Of a DNA stretch of 64,000 nucleotides, positions 1 through 13,173 are shown piece after piece; the stretch's first letter is position 1, and every line of letters starts with the position of its first letter. The stretch is taken from contig CP142728.1 in assembly GCA_036630325.1 (NCBI GenBank), positions 1,054,001 through 1,118,000 of the forward strand, given 5' to 3'. The translations under genes and the position numbers were made by a program. Under the pieces are notes generated by a model. The model searched no databases, was not told where the DNA came from, and worked only from the letters and a program-made list of their open reading frames with translations. Source of the DNA: Vairimorpha necatrix. Lineage: Eukaryota.

Positions 1-2270
1 AATATAAAATACAGAAATATACCACAGGCCCCAATGAAAGGAGCACAAGAAACAATCAACAAATTATTAGAACAAGGATATATAAAATGTTCGACATCAG
101 CTTGGTGTAATCCCATAAGACCAGTATTGAAACCAGATGGCACTGTTAGAATTACAAAAAATATGCAATTTCTGAATAACCTAGTTGAAGATAACAACTA
201 TACAACACCTGTAATGCAAAACATAGTAGATGCCACGCGAGGCAAAAGATTTTTTACAGTTATAGATCTGACAGATGCCTACTATTAAATATACCTGAAA
301 CCTGAACATAAATATAAAACCGCATTGTATTTTAAAAATAAACTACACCAATACACACGGATGCCACAAGGCTTTAAGAATTCACCTGGCATGTTTCAAA
401 TGATAATGGATAGACTACTAGAAAACCACCTTGAAACTGCTCGTTGCGTCTATTTAGACGACATAATAATTTTTGGAACAACAGAAGAAGAACATGACAA
501 TAACCTAGCTAATGTTTTGACAATACTTGAAAAAAACAACTTCGAGGTTAACCCAACTAAATTATAATTTAAACAAGAAACTATTAAATTATTAGGAATG
601 ATGATCGATGGAAAGAAACAATATCCAATAGAACAAAATCAAAAAAGGTATTAGATTTTAAAGTACCAACCACAGTTAATGAGGTACAACGATTTCTAGG
701 ATTAGCCAATTATTACAGAAGGTTTATCTCAAACCTATCTACAATTTTTGCTCCGCCTTATGAATTACTTAAAAAGAAGAATGAGTTTATATGGAAGAAG
801 GAGCAACAAAAAGCATTTGATATTATTAAAGAAAGAATCAACAGTAAGATTGCTAGACATAAACCTGAACACGACAAACTCTTTATACTATCCACCGACG
901 CATCAAATACAGGAATCGGTGCATGCCTAGAACAAGAGCACAATAACGAAATTGCAGTAGTAGATTGGGCATCAAAGAAGCTGACAGATGCTGAGAAAAA
1001 ATATGGAATTACAGAAAAGGAATTTCTAGCGATGGCTTGGTGTATTACACACTTTGATTATTATCTACGAGGAAGAAAGTTTAAAGTAATAACAGATCAT
1101 TCTGCAATTTTATTATGAAAGACAAACACATTTTTGGAAACCTACGACTAGAACGAATGAGAGAAAAATTACAGGATTATGATTTCGAAATTGAATATCG
1201 AAAAGGCAAAGAACTAATAGACGCCGATGCAATTAGCAGGATTTATGAGGATCCAAAAGGAGTTGAAGAACTTAGAATTAAAAATTAAAACGTATTAATC
1301 GCTTCTGATGGGAAGTGGTACTATAAAGTAAATGAAAATGAAATTAGATATTTCCCCGAAGTTCTTGAAAGAAAAGATATTTTATATAAAGCACACGAAG
1401 TACACACCGCGCATGGTGGAATAAGTGCCATGACTTACGAATTGAAAAAGAACTATTATTGGCCAAAAATGACAGAATCAATAACAAATTATATAAAAAA
1501 CTGTGAATCATGTGTCCGAAACGATCAAAAAAGCTTAGGAGGTGAAGAATTTGTAGAAACACAGAGACCGTTAGAAATATTTGGAATAGACCTAATGTTT
1601 ATTGACCAGAAGACGACACTTATGACTTGTATAGATTACTTTACACGTAGATGTATGATGAAACCCTTTCAATCAAAGAAAGCTAGCGTTTGTAGAAATG
1701 CAATAACAGAAATGTTTCAAGAGATTGGAGTTCCAGAGATAATTATTACACAATGGAAAAGAATTTACAGCTACAACTATTAAAGAAATCATGTCTAATA
1801 TGTTAATAAACCACCATAAAATTTCTATAGACATGCATCAGTCTAATGGTAGGATAGAAAGATTACATAGGAAAATTTGGCAAGCAAAAAAAAAAATAGA
1901 ATGTAATCAAAAGGAAACATTAGAAGAAATTTTATATGATGTAGAAAATAAAATTAATAATACATTTAATAGAGCAATAGGTTGTACCCCGAACGAAGCA
2001 TGGGATGATCCTGATAATAAAACATTGAAAGAATTGAATAAAAAAGATTCAAAATACGGAAAATAATTTAAAAAACTTCCAAGTGAAAAATTTGATATTG
2101 GAGAACAAGTGTTTATTCAACAAAATCCAATGCAGGCACAGGACAAGCTCAACGATAAATACATTGAAGAGGGAATGATACATACTGTGTTAGAAAATGA
2201 CTCTTACTTAGTAAAAGTAAACGATGAACTGATCAAAAAGAGCCACTCTCATCTCAAATCAGTACCAACT
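1..2270 (+). mobile_element. Decayed Ty3/Gypsy LTR retrotransposon pol (RT - RNase H - integrase), 5'-truncated by window edge
   Basis: ORF fragments in Gypsy order: RT (SAWCNPI, IDLTDAYY, MPQGFKNSP, YLDD), RNase H (STDAS, YGITEKE, FKVITDH), integrase (YYWPKM..C..C, GIDL, IDYFTR, SNGRIER). Several stops and frameshifts. Confidence 0.9.
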
Positions 2271-2520
2271 ATATGATTGCTTGTTATAAAAGCCAAGTTA
2301 TAAAAAATACTAGCAGACCGTAAATGTATTTTTAAGCAGGAAGTTGGATGGCTATAAATAGCAATATTATTTTTAAATACCCCTTATGTCTACTATTCTC
2401 AACACTTACAATTATCTTTAACAAATATAATCCAAAAAAGAATAAAAAATTTGTTTTTGTGACGGCCCAAGAAGTGGGGGGAAAAGTAGCCATAGATATA
2501 ATCGGCTCAGTAGAAAATCG

Positions 2521-3310
2521 TTTTTTTTTTCTTGCAAGTAAGAGGTAGGGAGAAACCTTACATAGGGACCAGAGGGATTTGGGTGTGATCCTCATCCAAC
2601 TGGTACTGTGAGATTCTTACTCACTAAAACTCCCTCCAGACAACTTTCCGGTGCAGCAAGCTCCGCCGTATCCATTGAACTTTGGCTCCAGGAGACACTT
2701 ATCATTTATACCTCAAATCGCGTCCAGAGTGACCTCACAGCGGATATACTTTACAGGCATTGTTATCTATAACCCGAGGAGAGACATCATCGTACTGACT
2801 CAAAGGTCCCTACAATCATCCGTATTGCACACACGGCTCCTTACACGACCACATCCCCAGCCCGGCGTTTTATTGGGCTGCGTTGACCACCAGTCTCCCA
2901 CTAGTTTCGGCCACCGTGTCACAGAATCATGTAGGATAGGGTCCACGAGACCTTCTATTGCCCTACTTCGTTTAGTCTCTTAGTTAGCTCTAGGATCCCA
3001 CTCTAGAGTGCACCAGCCATGGGCTCTAACTAGGCCGTACCCATTAAATACTTTTATGTGTCATTAAGTCACCAAAGGGCGATACTGCTTTTTGGCCTTG
3101 AGGTGCGTTTCTACACTAGATGCTAATCCCCTTGTTGCTGGACAAACACAAGTTTCATTGAATCAACTTGAATATTATCGTGGACATTTTCATCATTTGA
3201 GTTGTTCAAACTGCATCATAGAAAGTAGAAACAATTTTGGTGCCCCTGGGAATCGAACCCAGCCATTGCTCAATGGAAGCATTGCATTCTACCACTGTGC
3301 TAAGGGCACC
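2521..3310 (-). mobile_element. tRNA-derived SINE, full-length copy A
   Basis: Minus strand starts with a tRNA-like head (3310-3238) and ends in A10 (2521-2530). Flanked by the 13-bp direct repeat AGTAGAAAATCGT (2509-2521, 3312-3324). Multiple homologous copies in the window. Confidence 0.88.
3238..3310 (-). ncRNA. tRNA-like SINE head (Pol III A/B boxes; Gly-like), probably not a functional tRNA
   Basis: GGTGCCCTTAGCACAGTGGTAGAATGCAATGCTTCCATTGAGCAATGGCTGGGTTCGATTCCCAGGGGCACCA: perfect 7-bp acceptor stem, T-arm CTGGG-TTCGATT-CCCAG, A box TAGCACAGTGG. Anticodon arm irregular. Confidence 0.75.
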
Positions 3311-4378
3311 TAGTAGAAAATCGTATATAATATCTGAAATCGATTACTTTACAAGAAAAGGATTTGCCAAGATAATAGGTAGTAGGCAAAATCGTAATGT
3401 GCTCAATTTTGAGAAAAAACTACATAAAGATTTAAAAATCCAGATGCTAATTATAAATTTGTCTGAGAAAATCTGAGCAACAAAATCCAAGACTTTGCCA
3501 GAGAACAGAAATTTGACTGCATTATACCTCCTTGTTTCATCATTAATCAAATGGAAGGTTAAAAGATTTAACAGAACAATGCAAGACTTGATATATAAAA
3601 ATAAAAACGACAGCCTTCTTACAAATAAAGCAACTTAAGCTGTAAGGGTATATAATGAGTCATATCACACTGGGATAGAGATGGCCTAAGAAGAAGCGGC
3701 GAAATAAGAAAAAGATCGAAAATTAAGAGAAATACAATTCAAAAAAAGAATCAAATTAATGAAGAAAACTATGATATACCAAATATCATAAGATATATTT
3801 CTAAATTCTTTCCCTCCAGATTCGCCCAGTTTTCCCTCTAACATTTCTTTAAGTATTTTACCCGGAGGGGGGTACGGAGGAATAGAAAGAAGAGATAAAA
3901 TTAATAATAAAAATATTTTACATACTTTCCTCAGTGGCGGATACCACAAAAACCCAACAAAAGGGGGAGGGAATACAAAAAAAATGGTGATATTGTTTTA
4001 ATTAAAATGGGAGTAGGCTTAAATAGAGACAAGCCCAGATTTAAAGCTAGAGGAATAATTGTATATAATGCAGGTGAAAATCAATACAACATTAAGGCGA
4101 GAAAACGGGTTATCAAAAGACACGCCTCACAACTTAAGTACATTATAGACGAGCTTTCCTCTTGACCAGTGGGATGTTGTTATTATTTAAAAATTTATAT
4201 TTTTTTTTTCTTTGATTTTATGAACAGTGATCTTGAAAACAAAAATTTTAATATAGAGATATGTTGACAATATTAACAATTATGAGGGGTTACTGATGTT
4301 ATATAAAAATAATATTAAAATTCGTCTTTCAAATTTAATAAATTTTCTTTTAAATATCAATAAACATATACATATAAA

Positions 4379-5185
4379 GGCTAAAGGTGCTTTAGATCCC
4401 CCTCTGAGGGTGTCCACTTTATTTTTTCGAACCCCAAAAACGAAGTGCAAAATAAAGGAGGAGCAGGTTTGGGGCCCAAATTACTAAGCACTTATGACAT
4501 TAAAAACAAGAAATAAGCATACATTTATGCCCAAATTATATTTTAATATTAGTTTTTACAATCATATAAATTAACAAGCATTTTTTACCGTTCTGATTTT
4601 TTAGAATTGGGGACCAAAACGCCCCCTCTTAGGGTGTGCACTTTATTTTATTGAACTCAAAAAAACAAAGTTGAAGCAATCATTAGCACTCAAATTACTT
4701 GCATCTTTAAACATAAAAAATACCAAAAAAATAAATATTCGAAGACGAAATTTAATTTAAAAAAAGAATATAACCATAAAATTATATAATTCTAAATAAT
4801 TTCTCATATTTAAAATTAATTTTTTGATTAAACAATTTTTATAGATCTTTGAACATTTATTTAGTTTTTCTTATATAAATGTTATTTATATTTTAAATTT
4901 TTGGTTAATTATTAAGGTAGTTTTGGAAGAAAATCTCTTTTTATAATAAACCAAAAATTGAAAAAATAAGAAGGGCAAAAAAGAAACAATACCTTAAAAG
5001 ATTATTATAATTATAACTAAAATTATTTTCCGTTGTGTAAGCATATATTTATTTGTTATATTTAATGTCATAAGTGCTTAGTAATTTTTGTCCCCTTCCT
5101 GCTCCTCCTTTAATTTGCACTTCGTTTTTGAGGTTTAAAAATAAAGTGAAACAACTTTGGGCGGGGTCTTTCGGATCCCAGCTCC
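4379..5185. mobile_element. Non-autonomous MITE-like element, possibly Merlin-type
   Basis: ~130-bp imperfect inverted repeats (~4400-4525 vs ~5045-5170), internal direct copy of the left-end motif at ~4620-4700, GG..CC termini, 8-bp direct repeat CATATAAA at 4371-4378 and 5186-5193. Confidence 0.7.
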
Positions 5186-6078
5186 CATATAAATTGTACT
5201 GTAAACTTGAAATTGATTTACTCGGGTAAATGTTGCAGTGTTAATCACATATCATCAACTATAATGAAAAATTTATATAAAAATAACTTTATGGATGTTT
5301 AATCTGTACTTAATGCTTGTTTAGAATAAACATCAGAGACTAGTAGATTTGATATTATACCCTTTACGTTAAAAGTTATCGACACCTGCATTATTCTGTG
5401 TATTATTTCACTAATATCTCCTATGTATTTTTAGATTGTATGTGTATAGGATTCAAATTAGCTAATATGCTACTTTTAATCAGTTTTTTTTAATGTTGAT
5501 TCAAATAACGCCAACCCATGACTTTTAATATGGAAGTATATTGTTTCTGAGCCAAAGGTTTGGATAAATTCATTTAATGCAATTTCATATTTTCAAACTA
5601 AAGTGTTTTGGTTTTTTAAGTTATCAGTTGATGTAATGTCGTAGTTATTGATTAAAAATATTTGATACCATATATATTAAAAACAAAATCTGAACAATAT
5701 TGAATGGAAAAAAAAATTTAGCCAAATTTTGCACTCAACTGAATAGATGTTTTAAACATTTTGCACTTAAAGATTTCTTTTTTTTATTACAAAAAACGCG
5801 AATCTGTATGTCGAACATATAGATAAAAATAGTTTGCATATAATTGTTCAATGAAAAAAACATCACACGACATACTTTAAAACAATACCGACTTTTTGCA
5901 CCAAAACATATTGATTATTCACAATGGAAGATTTATTGTTTTGAAAAATATAATTATTGTATAAGAACATAAAAATACGTTATATAAAATTTATTTCCGT
6001 ATAAAAAAATATATCTTATAAAAAATGTAAAATATTAAAAACCTATACAATTAGAGAAAATCCTGTGTAAAGATTTAT

Positions 6079-6432
6079 TTATAACGCGATTATTACTAGA
6101 ATAAATCCAATAACAGTAATATACACTAATGATTTGCTTGAATTATTACTTACCGAATCTTCATCCACTTCTTTATCGTAGTTCTCTACTTTATTTTTCC
6201 TTTTTTTCGTTTGCGGTCTATAAGCTGCATTGTTTTGTTGAGAGGCTGGATTGTACTCATAAAAAGTAGGTCTAATGTAGGGTTGTATTCTGTGGTGCGA
6301 GCTGCCTCCCCGGCCGACCGGCTTGTTTGAATAGTTGGTATTCTTAAAATCTTTATCGGTTTTTATATTCCCCATGCCAACCTTAAGGGCTAGAAGTTCA
6401 TTCTTTAATGTTTTATGTTTAATTAGTGTCAA
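6079..6432 (-). pseudogene. Possible C-terminal remnant of a tail-anchored/surface protein
   Basis: ORF lacks an ATG start, has a hydrophilic body and ends in hydrophobic LVYITVIGFILVIIAL. Upstream 6440-7020 looks coding-like but is broken. Confidence 0.3.
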
Positions 6433-9400
6433 ACATTATAATTTATTGGGGGGATGGCCATTCTCTTGTACAGTTTCTTATATTGTGACAATATAACAAA
6501 TATAGACATTTTATTATTCGTCTTTTTTTGTTGACAATGACGCAAGTGTTTACGTCCATACTCGGCCGTGATTTGAGATATGACAGACGTGGGTTTAAGC
6601 TAAGAGACCTATTGAACTGTATAAGGGCCAGAAGGATGTCGTATGGCACGTTCATTCAGAAAACTTAAGATTTTACATTATAAACAGCGTCGATTGTTTT
6701 AAAGACATTAGCTATTTCGTTCTATTCTTGTTTATAATAATTAGATTTTACTGGTTTTAAATGATAATCGTTCGGGTTGGAGCACATAAATGCATGTTTT
6801 TGTTACCTTCGATCTTGATAATAAGAGCGCCAATTTTAAGTAATTTTCCGACATTCTCATGTTATTCAATCTTCTTAGACATACTCCATTATTATCATTT
6901 GGCCCTTTTGATTTTATTTCTATTCCTTCACTGCCTCAGGTCTTTATAGAATAGGCCACTTTGTCTTTTGGATCGCCTAAATTTAACTTATATGTCCTTT
7001 CTCTCTTTAAGACTAACATTTTTGAATACTGCAAGTTGCAATTTAATTTTTATTAGCCCCCATAAAAATTTTATTTATATTTTACAAGTTTATAACATTA
7101 CTAAAAAAGACTTTGAATTGACATTCTTAAACAATTAAATAACGAATTCTCTAAAACAAACATACTAGTATTATAAAATTTTTATGATGACTTTGATCAC
7201 TTTTTATTATAAGCGATAATTTGAATGTCCAAAGTCGATTTTATATGTCATGCATATTCTTATAAAAATCAAATTTTCTTGACTATCAAAGTTATATTTA
7301 TTGTATTTAGTCCTAACAACAAAGATGAATATGTAAATCTAATTAAAATTTGTAGAAAATATATATGTTGTAGAATGTTAAAAAATTGATTATTTATTTT
7401 CATGATTAGCAAGGTCGGGCCTAAATAATTAGAATCAAAAAAACATAGGACAGAGTATCGAAAAAACTTTTATTCAAGTATTAATTGCCTCATAATTTGT
7501 AAATAGCTATTCAATCATCTATACCATTTGTATTTGCTATTAAAATGCAGAATAAATTATAATAACAAAAACTCGTGTGATGACATAAATGCACGTTTTT
7601 GTGGAACACGGTGGAGCAAATTTATCTAAATATAAATAGAACTCTCCGATTTGCATCTACAGACCTTTACATGGTCAAATACTCAATGTGTGTTCAGAGA
7701 GTACACAGCCACAAAATCAGGTTCATAATATTTTTTAATCAATATATTATATAGCGATTTTCAAATAAATCAAAAAAATTAAATTATTCAACGACTAAAT
7801 TTTACGACATCAGGTAATGAATATATTACTTCTATCTATTGGTTGCAAACCAATAATCAATGGGATCACTAACAGAGGATGCTATTTATACTTAAAGGAA
7901 CAAAAAAAAGTATATTGTCAAATATGATCGGATTGCTTTTATAAAAAACATGCTAATACCTAAATTTGATTCTTACATTTGTTTCTATCAATTACTAAAT
8001 TTCTAAATTGTCGGAAACGAATTCTTTAGCGTTAAATTATATACACATAAAATTAATGAATCCCCTGTGTAAAAATACTGTAATAAAAGAAATTCGCACA
8101 TGTAATAATGTGAAAGAATTCTATTATTATAACTAATAAGCAGCTTATTTGGATTTACAGTACTGTGAAATACACACTAAGAAGAAACTTTTTTAGTGAT
8201 GTTTAATGTTGTCGTAATAATGAATATAATCCAATTTAAATATACGAATAAACTTTCAAAAGACTCATTAACAACAAAATTAACGGAAGTTAAAATGTAC
8301 AAAAATCTGTAAATAGCAAAAATGGCGAGTAATATAAACATATGGAAAATAAAAATCATTGAAGATTCACATTTTAAATAAAATTACTTTATAAAGAAAT
8401 AAACTTCTATATAAGAAATTAATAAAAAATTTTATGAAGTATTAATAAATTTTATTAAAAAAAAGTATGTTTTTTTGTTTTTAAATAAAAAATTTAACTT
8501 TTGATCTCTTAAAGATGCTGTAGATAATTATCCAACAAGTGTGGTCTAATATTGGAGTTTGATCATATAAAAAGACACAAGATATTAAGATTTGTAACTC
8601 TTAATATGTTAAAATATAGTTCCCAGAAGTTAAAAATACACATGGCCCCAAGTACCAAAAATTTTATTCTAATTGATCGGAAATAAAAATCAAGACGAAA
8701 GATCTACATATTTTAAAATATCCACGAACTTCCGATATTTTTATTTTGACAAGAAGAAAAGATAAAGATCAGTAGTTGAATATGAAATAATAACTATGAT
8801 CGAATTACTATAGTTGAGAATGTTAAGTTAAAGAAATATTTAGTCTTACTTTAGAAATTTAATACCATCTAATAATAGTTTTATAGAGATGACATGTGAT
8901 GGAGAAATTTCAATTTTTACTAATGTACAGGATAAAGATAAAAATCAAAACTTTCGAAGCGTACATACAATATTTTATGCCGAAGAAGGCTCTGGTTCTA
9001 ACTATTTGGATCAAAGACTAGAAATACGATCATTAAAGATACATAAGAAGAATAAGTGGAATAGTGGGCAGAATTGTATGTGCACTAGCTACAAGATAAC
9101 TGCTACAGAAATGGCATGCGAAGAGAATAGTAAGTAGTATAATATTAGATTCAAATAGCATTTATTACTTTGTTATTTGAAATCTGCAATTCGAAATTTT
9201 AAAGCGCTTTTAAATATAAGTACAATTTACATCTATCATCTGTTAAAAAAATATTCAATAAAATATAATATTTTATGGTATCTTTGCAAAAATAAAAAAT
9301 TTTTACATTCCAAAAAATTAACAAAATTGGAACATTGTATGTATAAAATTCATTTAATGTAAAAACGCCATAATTTTTTTTTCAATTTTACTACACAGCA

Positions 9401-11422
9401 TCAAAAAAAGAAACTATTGTTGTATATAATACTTTATATGGACTGCAAAAAAAGAAAAATAATTTAGAAAGGCCACTTTATGTGAGCATCATGCACATAC
9501 AGATTATATAGCGCATATTTAACATTACAATCCTTTTCGAGATTCATATATTTCGATTATTATTTTTTGCTTGTTGCAAATCATTACATAATAAAAAAGA
9601 ATAAGCTTTATTAAGTGTTTTCTAATTTTAAATATGTAAGAAAATATCTATGACCAAAAATATAATTGTTTTGGGCCAACAGTGAGCTTAGAGAGACTCA
9701 CAAGTTACAATTATTAAAAGAAACAAGCATCTAACTTATATGAATAAAAGAATTAATAAAAATATAAATGATTACATTGTAATTAATTTTAGCATAAACA
9801 AGCCATGCAGGTAGCCCAATTTATTTTCTCTAATATTAGAGACTTTTAAAATTCAACCCATCTTTATTTTTTTTAATTTACAAAAAAGTTTGCAAGATAT
9901 TTTTGAAAAGATCACTATATACCCAAATTATTTAAAACAGAACCAAGCCACAGAAACGTACTGTAAAAAAAAACATGAATTTTTTGCTATTACAAATATA
10001 AAATAAAAATCTCTTCGTTTATATTTCAAAACTAAAATACGAAAGTAATATTATGTGTTACAAAATGATAATATAATTGCTGTGATTAGTTTGTGAAATA
10101 TTTACATGAAAATTAATAAATATTTTAACGATCAAAAAAAAATATTATGAAACAGAAAAAACTAGAATATTTTTGGATAGTCAAACCAAATTAATTTAAA
10201 TAAGCTACCATAATTTTTTTGATTTCTATAACATGTTGCTAATTACATAATTTTCAAAATGCTTTAGCGAAGAATAACATTTAAAAAATGATTTATCAAT
10301 TTTTAGCATAATTACTTTGAGTACAGATAAACTTTTTTATATAATTTGTTAGTTTACAATTTTATTTATCTCAAAGCACAGTAGAAAATATCATTTTTTA
10401 TTTTTCTAGCTTTAAATGCCGATTTAGATGCAATTTAATTAAGTTGTCGAGCAATAGTGAATTTTAAAAGAATTCCCGCCGTGTACAGAACCCAATGTTA
10501 TATGAATAGGAATTTACAGAAAGATTTGAATACTTTATGTTTATTTTCAATTTCTTAGATTGGAGATAAAAAAACATATATGAAGGGTTGCCCGTCTTTA
10601 AGTCTTACAGTGTCTAAAAACAAACTAAAACGAAAGGACTACTTAGCAAATAAAGCGAAAAAAAATTGCGATATAGTCATGTAGCTTTTTTTCATCATAA
10701 AGCTCTTGGACAAGATGGTCTAGCGAGAGCTTCTAGATTTAAGTCTAGACCTAAAATGATTTAGAAAAAACAAAGATCTGAATAAGAATTTAATGAAAAA
10801 TCAAATACATAGTGTCATGAATATATTAGGCAATTGACAAAAAAAGATAGGATAAAAAAGCATATATTAGAAATTTGATGTCAAGAAAAGTGTAATTGTA
10901 ATAAGGGATAAAATTGTAGAAATTCACCTAATATGAGCCGATTGAACCCCATTACATAATTTGACTATTTTATTGCGCGAAAGACAATCATTAAAACAAG
11001 TTGATAATGAGTGTTAATCATAAAGATTATAAAATAAAATAACGAACAGTAATTTCCAATATTCTAGTAAATAAAAAAAAAATTGTTCAATAAAGAACTA
11101 TTTTGAAGAAAAGAAACTGTTTCTAACGAAAAATTATAAAAATTTGAATATAAACTAGAGAATTAGACATGATACTAAGCTGTGTTTTCCCTATTGACTT
11201 TGTGTATCCCATTATGTTCTTAAAAAAAAGATTATGACACTTATTGAACAATTCATGGATAAAGTTTTGGAATCAGTTATATTATATCTTCTTAGGATTT
11301 TTTCTACCAGGCAAAGTAAAAATCATATTGACCGAATGCTCTTTGTTGGTAAGAATTTTTTGTCTATCTGAATAATTTTTTATATTGTCTTCTAAATTTT
11401 TTTATTTTATAAAAATATAATT

Positions 11423-11947
11423 TTATTCAATGATATTCCAAATTTCCAAATAATTTATCTTAAATTTTTTATCGTTTTTAACAAAAACATTCTGTTCACC
11501 TTCTCTGATTGTTTTTTTAATAAAAATACTATAAACGCCCTCACTACATCCAAAAGCTAAAAATTCTTCATTACAGATTATTTTGACTTCATTAAGTTTT
11601 AATGAAATTACTTCATGTTCATTAAATAATTTAACTTTTCGTGCACCATATGGGTTTAATGCCAATTCTAAATGTTCTTCAAAATATATTCCTATTACTG
11701 TATTATTTGTTTTAATTAATAAAATAAATGGCTTCTTTTTACCTAAAAAAGATGAGATTAAAGATTTATATGAAAATCCATGTTCATAGGTTGAAAACAT
11801 CAGATTCCAATTGCGGCTATATTTATATCTTAGATCTATAAGTTCTCTAATTTTATTAATTATTTTTTTATTTAAAAAAGAGTTTTTGTATGGAATTGTA
11901 TTTAATACAAGATTTATAGGAATTTTGTCTAATTCAGGAAGGTCCAT
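11423..11947 (-). CDS. TLDc-domain (Oxr1-like) protein
   Basis: WNLMFSTYEHGFSYKSL, PFILLIKT, FLAFG, LEIW motifs typical of TLDc domains. Confidence 0.8.
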   Translation of the reverse strand: MDLPELDKIPINLVLNTIPYKNSFLNKKIINKIRELIDLRYKYSRNWNLMFSTYEHGFSYKSLISSFLGKKKPFILLIKTNNTVIGIYFEEHLELALNPYGARKVKLFNEHEVISLKLNEVKIICNEEFLAFGCSEGVYSIFIKKTIREGEQNVFVKNDKKFKINYLEIWNIIE

Positions 11948-13173
11948 AAATTAACCACATTTTATTTTTTATAATTTTTTGTGCACCAATAGAATTACAT
12001 AATAAAACATTACATTTATCTAAAAATAATGTAAATAATTTTGACACTTTCTCTAAAAATTTGTTTCAATAAAGTTTTTGTTTACAAGATGTTAGAATGA
12101 TTTTAGATGTAATTTTTTTTATTACTTTTTGTATAAATGTTACTCATATTTAAGATGTTACTATATTTAAATTTTATAAAAAATTTTAAAGTAAAATAGT
12201 GCTTTATAGCCCTCAAATTGCTTTTCTCACGATCTACAAATTTATTTTAAAAAACATAATAAATTTTTAATAACCTTTTTTAGTTGTAATAAACCAGGAC
12301 TTTCCCAAGCTTAGAGTTGGTGGTGGTATTTACATATTTTAATTGTAAAAAGATTATAATGTTTTATAAATACCCATTCCAAATTCCAACTCAAAAACTT
12401 GATAAATTTTATAAACTACTTAAATTTAACATTTATAAAATTTTCATATTCTAATGTAATAAGAAAACTAATAAACAATTTCAGGTTTACTTTCAGCAAA
12501 AGATATTATTTAATTGCAAAATATGCTTTTATATCATAGATAGATAAAACTTTTATTTGTTTTCAAGTTGTTTCAAAAAATTTCAATGTATAATTTTTCA
12601 GATTACCGTTAGCTAATAAGAAGCTCCTAGATTTTATAGAATCTATAAATGAAATTACTGTGCAATATTGCCTCCGAAATGTCATTTTTATTTTTAATAT
12701 TGTATGTAGCTTGTTCGGGCGTCTGCTCTAAACTTTTTCTTGCACTTCTTTTTTTAAATTGCAATTATCTATATATTTTTTAAGATAAGAAAGAAAATAA
12801 ATTGTACAATACGCTTAGTGCAACACATACAAATTTTCTGTGCAAGATTCTTGTATTTTTTCAATTGCGTAAGAGGCCAATTTTTTTTCTTGGGCCTATT
12901 CTGCAGATCAAAAAAGAACTAAGAATAGTTTTTTTAATAAACTTGAATATTGTCCAGTAATTAAGTCTATTTTATGTTTATAGTACAACCACAAAGCTAA
13001 ACGCCTTATTTTGTTTAAACTTAAACTATTGCATTGTTTTATGTCTGAATTATAAGGTTTAGCAATTATATAGACTTTATTGAACTTTTAGAGATATAAT
13101 TAGACTAGATGATTTTATTTCTTAAGTTTTTTTTGATTTACAACGTAAATATTTAAATTTTTTTTTATATATC

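Larger units (their letters stand above)
2400..4174 (+). mobile_element. Second decayed Gypsy-type integrase fragment, interrupted by a SINE (2521-3310) and a small insertion (~3800-3975)
   Basis: Removing the SINE and one TSD joins KVAIDIIGSVENR to YIISEIDYFTRKGFAK (integrase core). C-terminal GDIVLIK..DKPRFK near 3985-4050. Purine-rich AGTGGGA followed by TG at ~4168-4176 may be a PPT/LTR start. Confidence 0.7.

Noticed and set aside
2890-2930. Hammerhead-like CGAAAC plus stem in the SINE body
   Set aside because: No CUGANGA core, and the cleavage-site position would be G.
3238-3310. Functional tRNA gene
   Set aside because: Irregular anticodon arm, fused to a repeat body, degenerate in other copies.
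2651-3313. ORFs of 110 and 73 aa (also 27835-28044, 28719-28973, 50964-51359)
   Set aside because: They lie in SINE copies, and the reading frames are not conserved between independent copies.
10480-11330. Possible decayed Tc1/IS630 transposase
   Set aside because: Only faint coding-like texture; no convincing motif, TIR pair or TSD.
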